A DNA stretch of 64,000 nucleotides from an uncultured Methanolobus sp. (GCA_963667555.1 OY763421.1:449562-513561); one strand, 5' to 3'; counted from the first letter of the stretch, positions 1 through 10,330 are shown. Program-made: numbers and translations. Notes: generated by a model from the sequence alone, not told the origin.

Positions 1-1115
1 CTATATAGTAAAGGTATTGCTAAAACAAGTATTAATCCATCTTTTATAATTGGAGATAGCTCTAAAGGAGCTAAAAGGGATGAAACTATAGTAAGAAATG
101 GCCGATGGAACAAATACAATGAATAGGAGCAATATGATATGTTTATTATGCCTTTTTGAATGGCAGGCGGCAAATTTTCATTGTTAAGGTCATTTGAAAA
201 TAAAAGTGTAAATAAGCAAAAAAGTATGGATAATAAAACGAATGGAATAAAAACTAATGTATATTCTACAGAAGTATTTGTTAAATTCATCATAGATGAA
301 ATCTGATTTATTATGGAATATGCAGTTGAAGTTCCTATGGATCCTGAACTATCAGATATTGCAGTAATTGAGATTCTTGGATCTGTATATAGAAATATTC
401 TATCATTAAGAATTGCTAGAGCTACTAAAATAGTGGGTACTAAAGGTAGCAAAAGTGTATATTGCTGCTTATCAATATGGCCAATTTTAGCAAATATGAC
501 TCCTGCCATAAATATAAAGTAGAAAGTGAAAAAAGATTGGTCAATAATTTTTAAAAATAAAGTTGCTACTATGGAGCAAAGATATATAAAAAACATTTTA
601 TAATATATTTTTACAATAGATTCTGAATTAATAAATGGGTATATTGAATAGAACATTAAAATTAATCCTACAAAATATAAAGTAAATATGGGGGTTGAAT
701 AGTTTGGTGCCATTAGTATTTGTAGCCCAAACATATGGTATATTATATTATTAAATCCAAAAAGTTCTTGAGTGTCAGGAACAATAAATTGTTGTGCTAA
801 AAGTGGTTTCATATTGTTAAATGTAATCATAAAGATGATTAATGCAAGCCAATAAAGAGGAAATATTCTAAAAACTCTCTTTTTATAAAATGATAGTAAT
901 TTTTTATTATAAAATACATCACTGTTATTTATGTATATAAGATATCCGCTTATGAATATGAATAGTGAAAGTCCAATTTGAGCAAAAAAAGGGTTGAAAA
1001 CTGCTATACTATATTTAAAAAATTTCCAATTTAAATAAGAAGTGCTATGAGTTACAAGTATTAAGATAATTGCAATAGCACGAAGGAACTCAAAAGAAAT
1101 TAATTTATTTTTCAT
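1..1115 (-). CDS. Acyltransferase family 3 (OafA/YrhL-like O-acyltransferase), runs off the left edge
   Basis: Not in the ORF track. ATG at 1115 reads MKNKLISFEFLRAIAIILILVTH..FIFISGY, with a late YLFHRPF motif; these are AT3 hallmarks. Spot-checked segments are open and the frame is still open at position 3. Confidence 0.8.
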   Translation of the reverse strand, partial: MKNKLISFEFLRAIAIILILVTHSTSYLNWKFFKYSIAVFNPFFAQIGLSLFIFISGYLIYINNSDVFYNKKLLSFYKKRVFRIFPLYWLALIIFMITFNNMKPLLAQQFIVPDTQELFGFNNIIYHMFGLQILMAPNYSTPIFTLYFVGLILMFYSIYPFINSESIVKIYYKMFFIYLCSIVATLFLKIIDQSFFTFYFIFMAGVIFAKIGHIDKQQYTLLLPLVPTILVALAILNDRIFLYTDPRISITAISDSSGSIGTSTAYSIINQISSMMNLTNTSVEYTLVFIPFVLLSILFCLFTLLFSNDLNNENLPPAIQKGIINISYCSYSLYLFHRPFLTIVSSLLAPLELSPIIKDGLILVLAIPLLY

Positions 1116-1225
1116 AAGTTATTAAATCCCACTTTTTTTATTGCTGACAACTCTATGCTTAGTACAGTTCTCACTCTATAATATATTTATTTTTATTTAT
1201 ATACAATATTATGAAAGCTTATGAT

Positions 1226-2782
1226 TCAAGTGAACCATAAATTCCATTCTCCACTGTCATATATGCAATCATTTTCATTATGCAATTTGACTATAAATTC
1301 AGACTGTCCTGTGCCATGGTGTGAATACCAGAAAGGTGTTATTTCAGTATATTCGATCATATATTTTATATTAAAATAATCTATATACTGATAACCTTTG
1401 CTATTATAATATTGTGCCATTATAAGTTGCCAATATGAATCAGATACGCGACCACTTACTCTATAATATGGTGAATTGAGCCAAAACTCTTCGGAAGTTA
1501 TAGGTAGAGTATCTAATTCAAAGTCACTAGAATTAACTAAACCATATGCTTGATCAGTAGAACTACTTCCCGTAAGAATTGGTTTTGAAGAAATTGCTGC
1601 TATTTTCCATGTTTCCCATCGACTATTACCAATTCCTACGCCATTTAGATTATCTTTTATCCACAATCCTGTTTCAAATGTGTTTTCATTAATATATTTC
1701 ACATCATATTCCTTTACCAGGGAAAAATATCCTGAAAAAGAAGTCGATAAAACCAGAAATAAAATAACGGGCAACATTTTATATTTGGTATTTTTTATGT
1801 TTATTTTTGTTAAATTTATGTATCCTATACCTGCCAGCAAAGAAACGAAAAAGATCATAATCCATTTAGTGTACATTGTTTGGAATATAAACACAGTTAG
1901 GACAATAACTGAAACGATTATGAACATTTCTTGTATGCTTCTTTCTTTTTTCAATATTAAGTACATAAGCCCACCTGCAGCAAGTATTATTGAAAATCCA
2001 GAATATCTGGGGTATTCAATGGGTAAATTTGCTAGGTTATACCACCTTGAACCAAGAGTCATAAATTTATGTGTTATAAAAGGAAAACCAAACATGACAC
2101 CAAAAGCCAATAGTAATATGATTGGAATTGAACTGGAAATTATATCTGGGATATCGATGAATTTTCTAATAAAATGTACGAGCAAAATTGCAATATACAA
2201 TCCTGTTATTGGAATCAAGTAGAACCACATGTGATGAATAGTTATTATGAATAATCCCATTAAACACGTTAGCATTATATATTTTGGTTTTAAACTCCTT
2301 GTTTTTAGCAGTAAAAATATGAATATGGGGAGCATTAACAAGTACAAACTTCTCCCTTGAGCCGTCCATGTTGTATATTCGATTATGCCTGGTGATAGCG
2401 AATATACGTATGCAACTATGAATTTAAAAAAATCATTTTTGTATACTAATCCCGCGACCGTATAGCTTGCGTATATAACAAAAATTGAACCAATTAAAGA
2501 ATAATAATATATTGCATTTTCAATGCTCAATCCTGTCATCTGTGAACTGCCGGATGTTAAAAAAGATATTGCACTGGCGTAGGAATTGGGGTACATTCCA
2601 ATTATAGATAAAGGGTGTTCCCACCATCTTGCTTCACCAAATATCGATAATGAATTTGCAAGCATGTGCATTTCAAATGAATCAGTTCCTATTTCATGTG
2701 TAGCAAGTAGATTACGCATTAACAAATTTAAAGTAACTAACAAAATAAACAATTGAGTTTTTGTTTTTTGTGAAAATTGCAT
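1226..2782 (-). CDS. Polytopic membrane protein, GT-C-fold-like glycosyltransferase/polymerase candidate
   Basis: 518 aa, many hydrophobic helices, acidic loop after TM1 (HEIGTDSF), soluble C-terminal domain; glycan-locus context. Confidence 0.55.
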   Translation of the reverse strand: MQFSQKTKTQLFILLVTLNLLMRNLLATHEIGTDSFEMHMLANSLSIFGEARWWEHPLSIIGMYPNSYASAISFLTSGSSQMTGLSIENAIYYYSLIGSIFVIYASYTVAGLVYKNDFFKFIVAYVYSLSPGIIEYTTWTAQGRSLYLLMLPIFIFLLLKTRSLKPKYIMLTCLMGLFIITIHHMWFYLIPITGLYIAILLVHFIRKFIDIPDIISSSIPIILLLAFGVMFGFPFITHKFMTLGSRWYNLANLPIEYPRYSGFSIILAAGGLMYLILKKERSIQEMFIIVSVIVLTVFIFQTMYTKWIMIFFVSLLAGIGYINLTKINIKNTKYKMLPVILFLVLSTSFSGYFSLVKEYDVKYINENTFETGLWIKDNLNGVGIGNSRWETWKIAAISSKPILTGSSSTDQAYGLVNSSDFELDTLPITSEEFWLNSPYYRVSGRVSDSYWQLIMAQYYNSKGYQYIDYFNIKYMIEYTEITPFWYSHHGTGQSEFIVKLHNENDCIYDSGEWNLWFT

Positions 2783-2944
2783 ATTATCCCAGTATATATT
2801 TGAATTGAACTGATTGCTTACCTTCTATTGTCGATGAATGTATTTAAGAATATTTAATCATATGAATTATATTGCCATATTAATTCAATTTAATGAACTG
2901 TATTGAAATATCAATAGATTTCGAGGCTGTCAAAAACTTTGGTG

Positions 2945-3892
2945 TTAAACTTTTTTGGATATGTACTCCTCCCAATATCCTCTTTTTACATTTAAATAGT
3001 TCAACATTCCCTCTGGTGTTTTAAATATCCTTTTCAATGAATCTGGTAACGTTTGTCGATAATAGTTCTCAATAGGATTTGTTGTTTTTGAAACGAATCC
3101 ATCCACCATAAACCAAGTCAACCTTTCGAAGTCTTTTACAATTTTATCTATTGATTTATGAAGTAATTGAGGAATTTCCTCTATATTACTGATTATCTCT
3201 TGAAGCCTGCTGATTGCGATACTTATATTATATGTTCTAAATACTTCCTTGATCTTTGTAAATGCCAAACATAAGCTGATCTTTTCCCTTGGGCCAATAA
3301 ATTTTGATTTTAGTTTTTTGTACACATCTTTCCCAATAAGCTTGTACAGATGAAATATGCAAAGCTGATGCTTGATTTTTAGTTCATCCATAATTGATTT
3401 GTATTTTCTTCGGTGGTCGGTTGAAATGGCATGTAGAGGCTTATAAACTACTGCATTTTTAATAAAACCCTTAACAGTAGCATATTCGATATCTGTCACA
3501 ATTTTCTCTTTTACTGGTTTATTCAGGACAGAGTCTATCAAACTGAGCCTGTAAAACCGACTTCCATTCAGTTTTATATATTGTTCATCATAACAATAGT
3601 ATCCAGAATAAAGATTATCATCGCTTGATACTGATATTCTGTTTGACTCTGCAATCCCGTTATAAATTGTCTGGTGAGAGGGAGAACAATCATATAGTGA
3701 TGTGAAGATCTTTTGTAGGTGTCGGAATGAACAATAACCAGTCTCGTATGCTTTTTCTATACAGCGTTCATAAGTTCGGGCATATTTCCTCACTGTTTTC
3801 CTGTCTTTACCTGTTCTTTCTGAGATCTTACTAATGCTCAGGCCTTGTGAATACAAATCTCTAATCAACAGCCATTCCTCCTCTCGAATCAT
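2945..3892 (-). CDS. Fused transposase: 37-aa IS21 IstA HTH start plus DDE catalytic domain of uncertain family
   Basis: MIREEEWLLIRDLYSQGLSISKISERTGKDRKTVRKY (IstA-like), then YCYDEQ / ISTDH / HQLCIFH / TNPIENY DDE motifs. Confidence 0.75.
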   Translation of the reverse strand: MIREEEWLLIRDLYSQGLSISKISERTGKDRKTVRKYARTYERCIEKAYETGYCSFRHLQKIFTSLYDCSPSHQTIYNGIAESNRISVSSDDNLYSGYYCYDEQYIKLNGSRFYRLSLIDSVLNKPVKEKIVTDIEYATVKGFIKNAVVYKPLHAISTDHRRKYKSIMDELKIKHQLCIFHLYKLIGKDVYKKLKSKFIGPREKISLCLAFTKIKEVFRTYNISIAISRLQEIISNIEEIPQLLHKSIDKIVKDFERLTWFMVDGFVSKTTNPIENYYRQTLPDSLKRIFKTPEGMLNYLNVKRGYWEEYISKKV

Positions 3893-3930
3893 TATTCACA
3901 ATCCTCGAACTTTTCTAAGGAATTGTGAAC

Positions 3931-3980
3931 TGGGGAATTTTAAACCGCCGAAAGTGGGGAATTATTCACCACAGATGACA
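3931..3980 (-). repeat. IS21-family left end with two subterminal repeats
   Basis: TGGGGAATT at 3931 and 3955 (24 bp apart) followed by TGACA at 3976-3980. Confidence 0.7.
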
Positions 3981-4282
3981 AAAATAACACCTTGCGTAGA
4001 TTTTTACGAGCTAAGATTCGCTGCATTTGTATAGTCACAATATAGCTTAACTGTATACAATTTTTTGCCAATAAGAACAGAACTATTATATTCTACTAAA
4101 TATTAGCATTGCATTTTTTTGTTATTCAATAATGCTGTTTAAATAAAATGAATGTATTGTGTGACTATTATTTTGTAATGTTGGTCGTATGATTAATCAA
4201 AGGCATAATATTTATATGCGTGTTCAAGTTGTTTGTAAACATGTTCATAAGATAAAGGCATACGTTCACAAATAGTGATTAA

Positions 4283-7252
4283 ATGTCAGATATTATGAAA
4301 GAGGTGTATGAAATGACAATAACTTTCTTCAAGTTTACAAAAAACACAAATGGGTCAGTCGATTCTAAAAAAAACGTAAATATCTATCATTTATTTTATT
4401 TTTTAATTATATTCTGCATTTCTATTAATCCTGTGAGTGCAGTTGAATACTATGTAGATATCTCTGGTGACAACAATGATACAGGTTTATCTCCAGAATC
4501 CGCATGGGCAACTCCTTCATATGCAGTGACAAAAGTAGTTCCTGGGGACACTATATATCTTATGGAAGGTACATGGTTTAATGAAAAAATAGTGCCTGCA
4601 ATAAGTGGTACTGTTGAAATGCCCATAACAATAAAATCATTTGATGAAAAAGCAACATTAGATGGAGGGGAGTATTCATACTCAAGTGGGATTGGGATTA
4701 CTTTACAGAATGTTAATTATTGGAATATAGATGATATAATATTTACCAATTATTCTACGGGTGTTTTGGTAAGCGGTAGTAGTCATTGCAATATAAGCAA
4801 TTCTGTATTTTACAAAATGTATACGTCATCTGTAATATTTTCGAATTCTCAACATTCATCTATGGTAGGCAATGATGTATCTTATGTTCGTTGGAATTCT
4901 ATTCAGATAAAAGGTACAACTCCATCAACTACAGATATCCATATAACTGGCAACTTAGTCCACCATGGTATTGATCATGGATTAACTGATTTGATGGGTA
5001 ATTTCTCAAAAATATATATTGAAGATAATCTATATCGAGATTGCTCGTATTCTGCAATATATGTACACCAAACATCTGTTTCAGGATATGATGACTCTGG
5101 ATTTGTATATATAAATAACAATACAATGTTTAATGTTCCGTATGGTATTTACCTTGATGATCCTATAGATGATTCGGTTATCTCTAATAACAATATTTAT
5201 GGAATATCTGATGCTTCTGACGGACATCATATAAAGGTAAGTGATTTAGTTACAAATCTGACTGTTAGTAATAATACTCTTACAGGTGATGCAGGAATTT
5301 ATCAATTACAAGTAAACTCTAAAGATTCATCGTTTATAAGTAACAAGATAATAGCTGATTCTGGAGACGTAGAATATAGGTTCTTGAATGGTGTTAATAC
5401 AATAGTAAATCCCTTAACAGATGACAAGAGATATTTTAAAGTAACATCCTCATCAGATTTCTATGTGAATTATACATTCGGTAAAGTGTTTGAACCAAGC
5501 TCAGGTACTGCTGTTTATTATCCTGCAGGTAGTAGTTCTTATTTATCAGATGGAACTGCAAGTGTAATTGTATATGATATTTCTTTATTACCTAAAATAT
5601 CTGAACTAAACAATTTACAAATTATAGATTATGATTTGGATAATAATAACTATGAATTTTCAGTTGAGTCTTCTACTAAAACAAACCCTACTGATGTCAA
5701 TGTTTATTCAAATGTTCCGAACTCTTATTTCGATGTTTATGTAGATGGTTTGTTTTATACAAGAGAAATTTCAGCTAGTGATGGATTAGTTACTTTTAAC
5801 TATAAGGATGAATGGGATGCTAGAAAAATATTTAGTTTCCAATATGTGCAGGTAGAAGCACCAGTCTCCTCTGGCACAGGTATCTCATTCACTCCATCAG
5901 CAACATCCCTTACAGCAACATCAGGTGAATCCACAACATTCTCCGTAGAAACCAGCCAGGAATTCACAAGTGCAGTATGGTCTGTTGACGGTGATGTAGT
6001 AGAATCCAGTACAACCGAGCACGTACACTCATGGACTACAGCAGGCACACACACAGTGACCTTTGATGGAACTGCAGATGCAGGAACTATTTCAAGATCA
6101 TGGGTAGTAATCGTATCTACAGCTGAATACTCATCCATCTCGATCTCCCCATCAACTACAACGGTAGCTCCGGGAGAATCTTTCAGTCTGGATGTGTACA
6201 TTGATCCAACCCAGGCCCTTACAGGCTCACAGTTCGATCTGCAGTACAGCCAGCTTGCAAGCATCTCTACAGTAGATGAGGGTGACCTGTTCACAGCAAG
6301 CGGACTTGCAACAACCTTCCAGTATGACAGTATCAGCAATGCAGAAGGACTTCTGGACAATGTCTATGCAGCCATAGTAGGTAGCGGAACCATCACATCA
6401 CCTGGTGTCATGGCCACGATTGAGATGGTCGCAGGCAGCAGTTCCGGTATAATGGACATTGGACTTACCAATGTGATCCTGAGTGATGCAAACTCCAATC
6501 CGGCAGGATACACAGTGTCCGATGCAACAGTCCTTATTGACACAGCTCCACAGTTCACAACTATCTCTGCAAAGACAGTAGAAGAAAAGCAGAGCCTGAG
6601 TTTCACAACAACTGCGACAGATGCAGATGGCGATGACCTTAGCTATACAGCTACCTCACTTCCATCCGGTGCAACATTCAACGGCGGAAGTTTCAGCTGG
6701 ACCCCATCAGAGGGCGATGCAGGATCATATGTAGCAACATTTGAGGTCACAGATGGATATCTCACAGACACAGTGAATGTGAGCATAACTGTGACACCAA
6801 TGAACCACATACCTGAGATAACTCTCTTTGAACCTGCAGATGGCTCAACATTTGAGGAAGGTTCAATCATTGGTGTGAACGTAGCTGCAACTGATGCAGA
6901 CGGAGATTCACTGAGCTACACCATTGAGATCGATGGAGTACAGGTCAGCACCTCCACCAGCTACTCATGGACAACAGACTATGAATCCGCAGGAACACAT
7001 ACCATAAGGGTTACAGTAAGCGATGGTACAGATGAGGTCAGTTCCTCAGGTACAATTACAATCACTGACCTGCAGCCAAGATGGGATGTTAACGAGGATG
7101 GAATTGTCAATGTACTTGACATCACTCTGGTTGGTCAGAACTACGGTCAGACCTACACAGGAGAGCTTCCTCGCTGGGATGTGAACCAGGATGGTACAGT
7201 TAACATCCAGGACCTTTCAATAGTCTCAGGTCACTTCGGTGAAACAGTTTAA
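4283..7252 (+). CDS. Secreted cell-surface protein: right-handed beta-helix, Ig/PKD-like, cohesin, Ig/cadherin-like and C-terminal dockerin domains
   Basis: Signal peptide ending VSA; YYVD..GD..TG.SP..AWAT beta-helix start; cohesin-like block SISISPSTTTVAPGESFSLDVYID..; duplicated dockerin loops WDVNEDGIVNVLD / WDVNQDGTVNIQD. Confidence 0.85.
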   Translation: MSDIMKEVYEMTITFFKFTKNTNGSVDSKKNVNIYHLFYFLIIFCISINPVSAVEYYVDISGDNNDTGLSPESAWATPSYAVTKVVPGDTIYLMEGTWFNEKIVPAISGTVEMPITIKSFDEKATLDGGEYSYSSGIGITLQNVNYWNIDDIIFTNYSTGVLVSGSSHCNISNSVFYKMYTSSVIFSNSQHSSMVGNDVSYVRWNSIQIKGTTPSTTDIHITGNLVHHGIDHGLTDLMGNFSKIYIEDNLYRDCSYSAIYVHQTSVSGYDDSGFVYINNNTMFNVPYGIYLDDPIDDSVISNNNIYGISDASDGHHIKVSDLVTNLTVSNNTLTGDAGIYQLQVNSKDSSFISNKIIADSGDVEYRFLNGVNTIVNPLTDDKRYFKVTSSSDFYVNYTFGKVFEPSSGTAVYYPAGSSSYLSDGTASVIVYDISLLPKISELNNLQIIDYDLDNNNYEFSVESSTKTNPTDVNVYSNVPNSYFDVYVDGLFYTREISASDGLVTFNYKDEWDARKIFSFQYVQVEAPVSSGTGISFTPSATSLTATSGESTTFSVETSQEFTSAVWSVDGDVVESSTTEHVHSWTTAGTHTVTFDGTADAGTISRSWVVIVSTAEYSSISISPSTTTVAPGESFSLDVYIDPTQALTGSQFDLQYSQLASISTVDEGDLFTASGLATTFQYDSISNAEGLLDNVYAAIVGSGTITSPGVMATIEMVAGSSSGIMDIGLTNVILSDANSNPAGYTVSDATVLIDTAPQFTTISAKTVEEKQSLSFTTTATDADGDDLSYTATSLPSGATFNGGSFSWTPSEGDAGSYVATFEVTDGYLTDTVNVSITVTPMNHIPEITLFEPADGSTFEEGSIIGVNVAATDADGDSLSYTIEIDGVQVSTSTSYSWTTDYESAGTHTIRVTVSDGTDEVSSSGTITITDLQPRWDVNEDGIVNVLDITLVGQNYGQTYTGELPRWDVNQDGTVNIQDLSIVSGHFGETV

Positions 7253-7273
7253 GTTTAAACAAAATTGATCAAA

Positions 7274-7300
7274 TGCCCCTTTCGGGGCACATTTTTTTTA
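7274..7300 (+). terminator. Hairpin plus T-tract terminator
   Basis: TGCCCC-TTTC-GGGGCA followed by a T8 run, 22 bp after the stop codon. Confidence 0.7.
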
Positions 7301-7324
7301 TAGTCTTGTTCTCCTTCTGGTTAC

Positions 7325-7550
7325 ATTTCCACAAAAACGATTAGTAATCTAAAAATAAAGTAACCATCCGCCGCAGGCGGCACATTTCGATGCCTCTGCA
7401 TAGAAGATTATTCCAATGATTATTATTTCTGTTTTGAATGCTACGCAGGTTCTGAAAGAAAATATTCTATGGCATTCTGCAGGATATTTTTTTTTGCTTT
7501 ATGGGAAAACGCCGGCTTCGCCGTACCCTTCGGGATTATTTAAGTTATTC
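7325..7550 (+). repeat. Repeat family A (MITE-like), copy 1, ends degenerate
   Basis: AACCATCCGCCGCAGGCGGCACATT at 7362 and AAAACGCCGGCTTCGCCGTACCCTTCGGG near 7506-7534; aligns by eye with 19815-20040. Confidence 0.8.
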
Positions 7551-7792
7551 TCATGAACTGCAATACATCAGTTTACAAACTGATAACAACCGTTCAACTT
7601 TCCATCACCATATGGCATATTCTCATGCTACTGTACAGGAGCCCCAAAATCAGATTCAATTGGTTGTAAATTAATGAATCAGACCGATGGGAGTGATCCA
7701 TGCTCAATAGTCACAAAAAGAAGTAGATCGAATCTATGTATCGAATGAAAAATGTGCAGGATAAAAAGGATTTTAGCTACAATTGTAGCTTC

Positions 7793-8773
7793 TCAGATCC
7801 TTCCTGGGAGGAATATTCCAATTGCGCAGAAGAGCATTGTAAGGGCATACATTGCCCATGTGGCTTGCTTTTCAGTTACTCTGCGGTAGTATGGAAGAAC
7901 CCATTTGAGTGTGAGTGCATTTGGAACTTCCAGTGTTCCGTCCTCTCTTTCCTTTCCAAACTTGGCCACCGGGAACTTCATAGCTCTCCAGTAGGCGTAC
8001 ATGAGGAAATTGATCGTATGCGGGATCAGCATAACAAATCCACTGATGATGAAGCCCTGTACTACAATTATTGTACCTATGGCTGCTCCTATGGTGAGTG
8101 ATCCTACATTTCCCCAGAATATCTTTGAAGGGTACCTGTCGTACATATAGTATCCAAGTGTTGCTCCTGTGACGCTGACAACGGCAAAGATGTTGTCCAC
8201 ATCACCCAGAAGTACAGACTTTATGATCAAAGAGATAAGTACGATCACAGACAAGCCTGAAGCAAGACCGTTGAAACCAGAGTGCATGTTCACAAGGTTG
8301 GATGCCACAAGGACATATGTAGGTACAATGAACTGCAGGTAAAGAATTCCCAGTTCAATGCTGCCAGCGCTTGGGAGTGTGAAAGCCGTATGGGTAGCAT
8401 ACTGGATCAGCGGGTATGAACAATAATACATAAGAAGCAGTTTTGTTACTCTGCCTATGTCCACCATGTCGTCAAGGATACCAAAAAGACCGAACATGGC
8501 AATGACTATGAGGACCACGTAATTAGTAGATGAGAACTTGAAGAACAAAGTGTTCAGGGAGAAACAAACCATAGCCACAAGGATGATGGCGATACCGCCT
8601 CTCTCAGGGATCATGGTAACTTCCCTCTTGTAATAGTCCCGGGCTATAATGCCCTTATCTGTAAGCTTTTTTATAAAATAGGGCATTGATATGTAAGTAG
8701 CCAGGAACGGCACCAGAAAAGTGCTTCCAATAACCAAGGCTAAAAGTGTTGAAGGTGAATCCAGATCCAGCAT
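7793..8773 (-). CDS. MraY/GPT-family polyprenyl-phosphate HexNAc-1-phosphate transferase (AglH-like)
   Basis: PERGG, GILDDM, NLVNMHSGFNGL and PSKIFWGNVGS motifs; polytopic. Confidence 0.85.
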   Translation of the reverse strand: MLDLDSPSTLLALVIGSTFLVPFLATYISMPYFIKKLTDKGIIARDYYKREVTMIPERGGIAIILVAMVCFSLNTLFFKFSSTNYVVLIVIAMFGLFGILDDMVDIGRVTKLLLMYYCSYPLIQYATHTAFTLPSAGSIELGILYLQFIVPTYVLVASNLVNMHSGFNGLASGLSVIVLISLIIKSVLLGDVDNIFAVVSVTGATLGYYMYDRYPSKIFWGNVGSLTIGAAIGTIIVVQGFIISGFVMLIPHTINFLMYAYWRAMKFPVAKFGKEREDGTLEVPNALTLKWVLPYYRRVTEKQATWAMYALTMLFCAIGIFLPGRI

Positions 8774-9178
8774 AGTTCAAATCCTCAGAATCATAATGTA
8801 TTTTTGTTTTATTAATGTTGGTAAGCCTGTTTAATAATAGTGGAGTTTAGAATAGAATCTCCCCATTCTTTTATATTTATACATTTATTGTATATGTATT
8901 TACTGTTATGTGTTCAGTGTGTGTGGATAATGCTTATGTACCATACTCTGTAACTTGTTTTCCTGAAATAAGTTATTTTTATATAATAAGTTTTTCCCGA
9001 TTATTGATCAGTATTATATCATAATGATGATGAGCATAATTTATTGCATCGGACATAAATTTATATAGTATAATTGCACATTTAAAGTTGGCAATTGGGT
9101 TATTGTCGCTAATGATAGTTAGTACTCTGATGTATACTCTGCATAATGGTGTGCTTTAGAATTACTATAGGTGGTACG

Positions 9179-9337
9179 ATGAAATTAATAGAAAAGAAAT
9201 GCGCAATGTGTGGCAGTCCTATCTATGTTTACGAGAACTATGCCCGTGAAGAAATGTATTGTACTCTTCACTGCATGGAACGTGCAACATTTGGAACTGT
9301 CTCAAGGGGCTTAGAACAGTTAAAGACAGTGTGCTAA
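9179..9337 (+). CDS. Small Cys-rich putative metal-binding protein (52 aa)
   Basis: GGTGGT RBS before ATG 9179; CAMC..YCTLHC; TATA-like TTTATATA near 9060. Confidence 0.6.
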   Translation: MKLIEKKCAMCGSPIYVYENYAREEMYCTLHCMERATFGTVSRGLEQLKTVC

Positions 9338-9421
9338 GTCCAAATTTTTCATTTTTGTTTTTTACTCTTATTTTTTATACGTTCGTTTAGAGGTAATATT
9401 TTATATTAAGCTCACAATTCA

Positions 9422-10330
9422 ATGAACATGAAGAAGGTTCTTATTACCGGCGGTATTGGTCAGGTAGGTAGTTATTTAGTTGACACGATGCATGACAGCT
9501 ACGAAGTTACAGTACTGGATAACCTGTCTTGCGGTAAGGAACCGGATCTGCCTTCAAATGTCAGCTTTGTAAAGGATGACATAAGATCTCCTGATGCCAG
9601 GGAACTCGCATCCCAAAGTGACATCATAATTCATACAGCAGCCCAGATAAGTGTTGCACGCTCTATGTCCGAGCCTTTATTTGATGCAGATACTAATGTA
9701 TTTGGTACCCTGAACCTTCTGGAAGGTGCCAGGGTAGGCAATATTGAGCGTTTTGTCTACATAAGTTCCGCTGCAGTTTATGGCAATCCTGAATACGTCC
9801 CAATTGATGAGAAACATCCTCAGAATCCCATGTCACCATACGGTGCCAGCAAGCTCTGTGGAGAAAAATACTGCAGCATGTATCACCATGCATATGGTCT
9901 GCCAACTGTTAGTATAAGACCATTTAACATCTACAGTCCAAGACAGGATCCATCCAACCCCTATTCTGGTGTGATCTCCAAATTCATAGGCAGGTTAAAG
10001 GAAGGCCTTCCCCCCATGATTTTCGGCGACGGTTCAAACACCAGGGATTTCGTATCCGCACATGATGTCGTTGATATGATAACAATGCTTGCAGGTGGTG
10101 CCGGTGAGGACGGCGAGGTCTATAATGTGGGGACGGGTACGGTTACCCGTATAGATGAATTGGCACAGATCGTTCTTGATATATTTGATAGTTCCATGGA
10201 CATAGTGTACAAAGACCCTATGCCAGGTGACATAAAACATAGTTCATCATGCATTGAAAAGGCAAAAGCTATCGGTTTTGAACCGAAGGTCGATCTTTAT
10301 AATGGTCTTGAAGAGATTATAGAAGAATGA
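9422..10330 (+). CDS. NAD-dependent epimerase/dehydratase (GalE-like extended SDR)
   Basis: TGGIGQVG nucleotide-binding motif, SSAAVYG, YGASK. Confidence 0.9.
   Translation: MNMKKVLITGGIGQVGSYLVDTMHDSYEVTVLDNLSCGKEPDLPSNVSFVKDDIRSPDARELASQSDIIIHTAAQISVARSMSEPLFDADTNVFGTLNLLEGARVGNIERFVYISSAAVYGNPEYVPIDEKHPQNPMSPYGASKLCGEKYCSMYHHAYGLPTVSIRPFNIYSPRQDPSNPYSGVISKFIGRLKEGLPPMIFGDGSNTRDFVSAHDVVDMITMLAGGAGEDGEVYNVGTGTVTRIDELAQIVLDIFDSSMDIVYKDPMPGDIKHSSSCIEKAKAIGFEPKVDLYNGLEEIIEE

Larger units (their letters stand above)
2928..3980 (-). mobile_element. Chimeric IS remnant: IS21-type left end fused to a different DDE transposase
   Basis: IS21-like end TGTCA plus tandem AATTCCCCA repeats at 3931-3980, IstA-like N-terminus, unrelated DDE body, TGTCA at 2928-2932, no istB. 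Confidence 0.7.

Noticed and set aside
2923-2940. A true IS21 right end with target-site duplication
   Set aside because: Only TGTCA matches; there are no AATTCCCCA subterminal repeats and the flanks (GAGGC versus AAAAT) do not form a duplication
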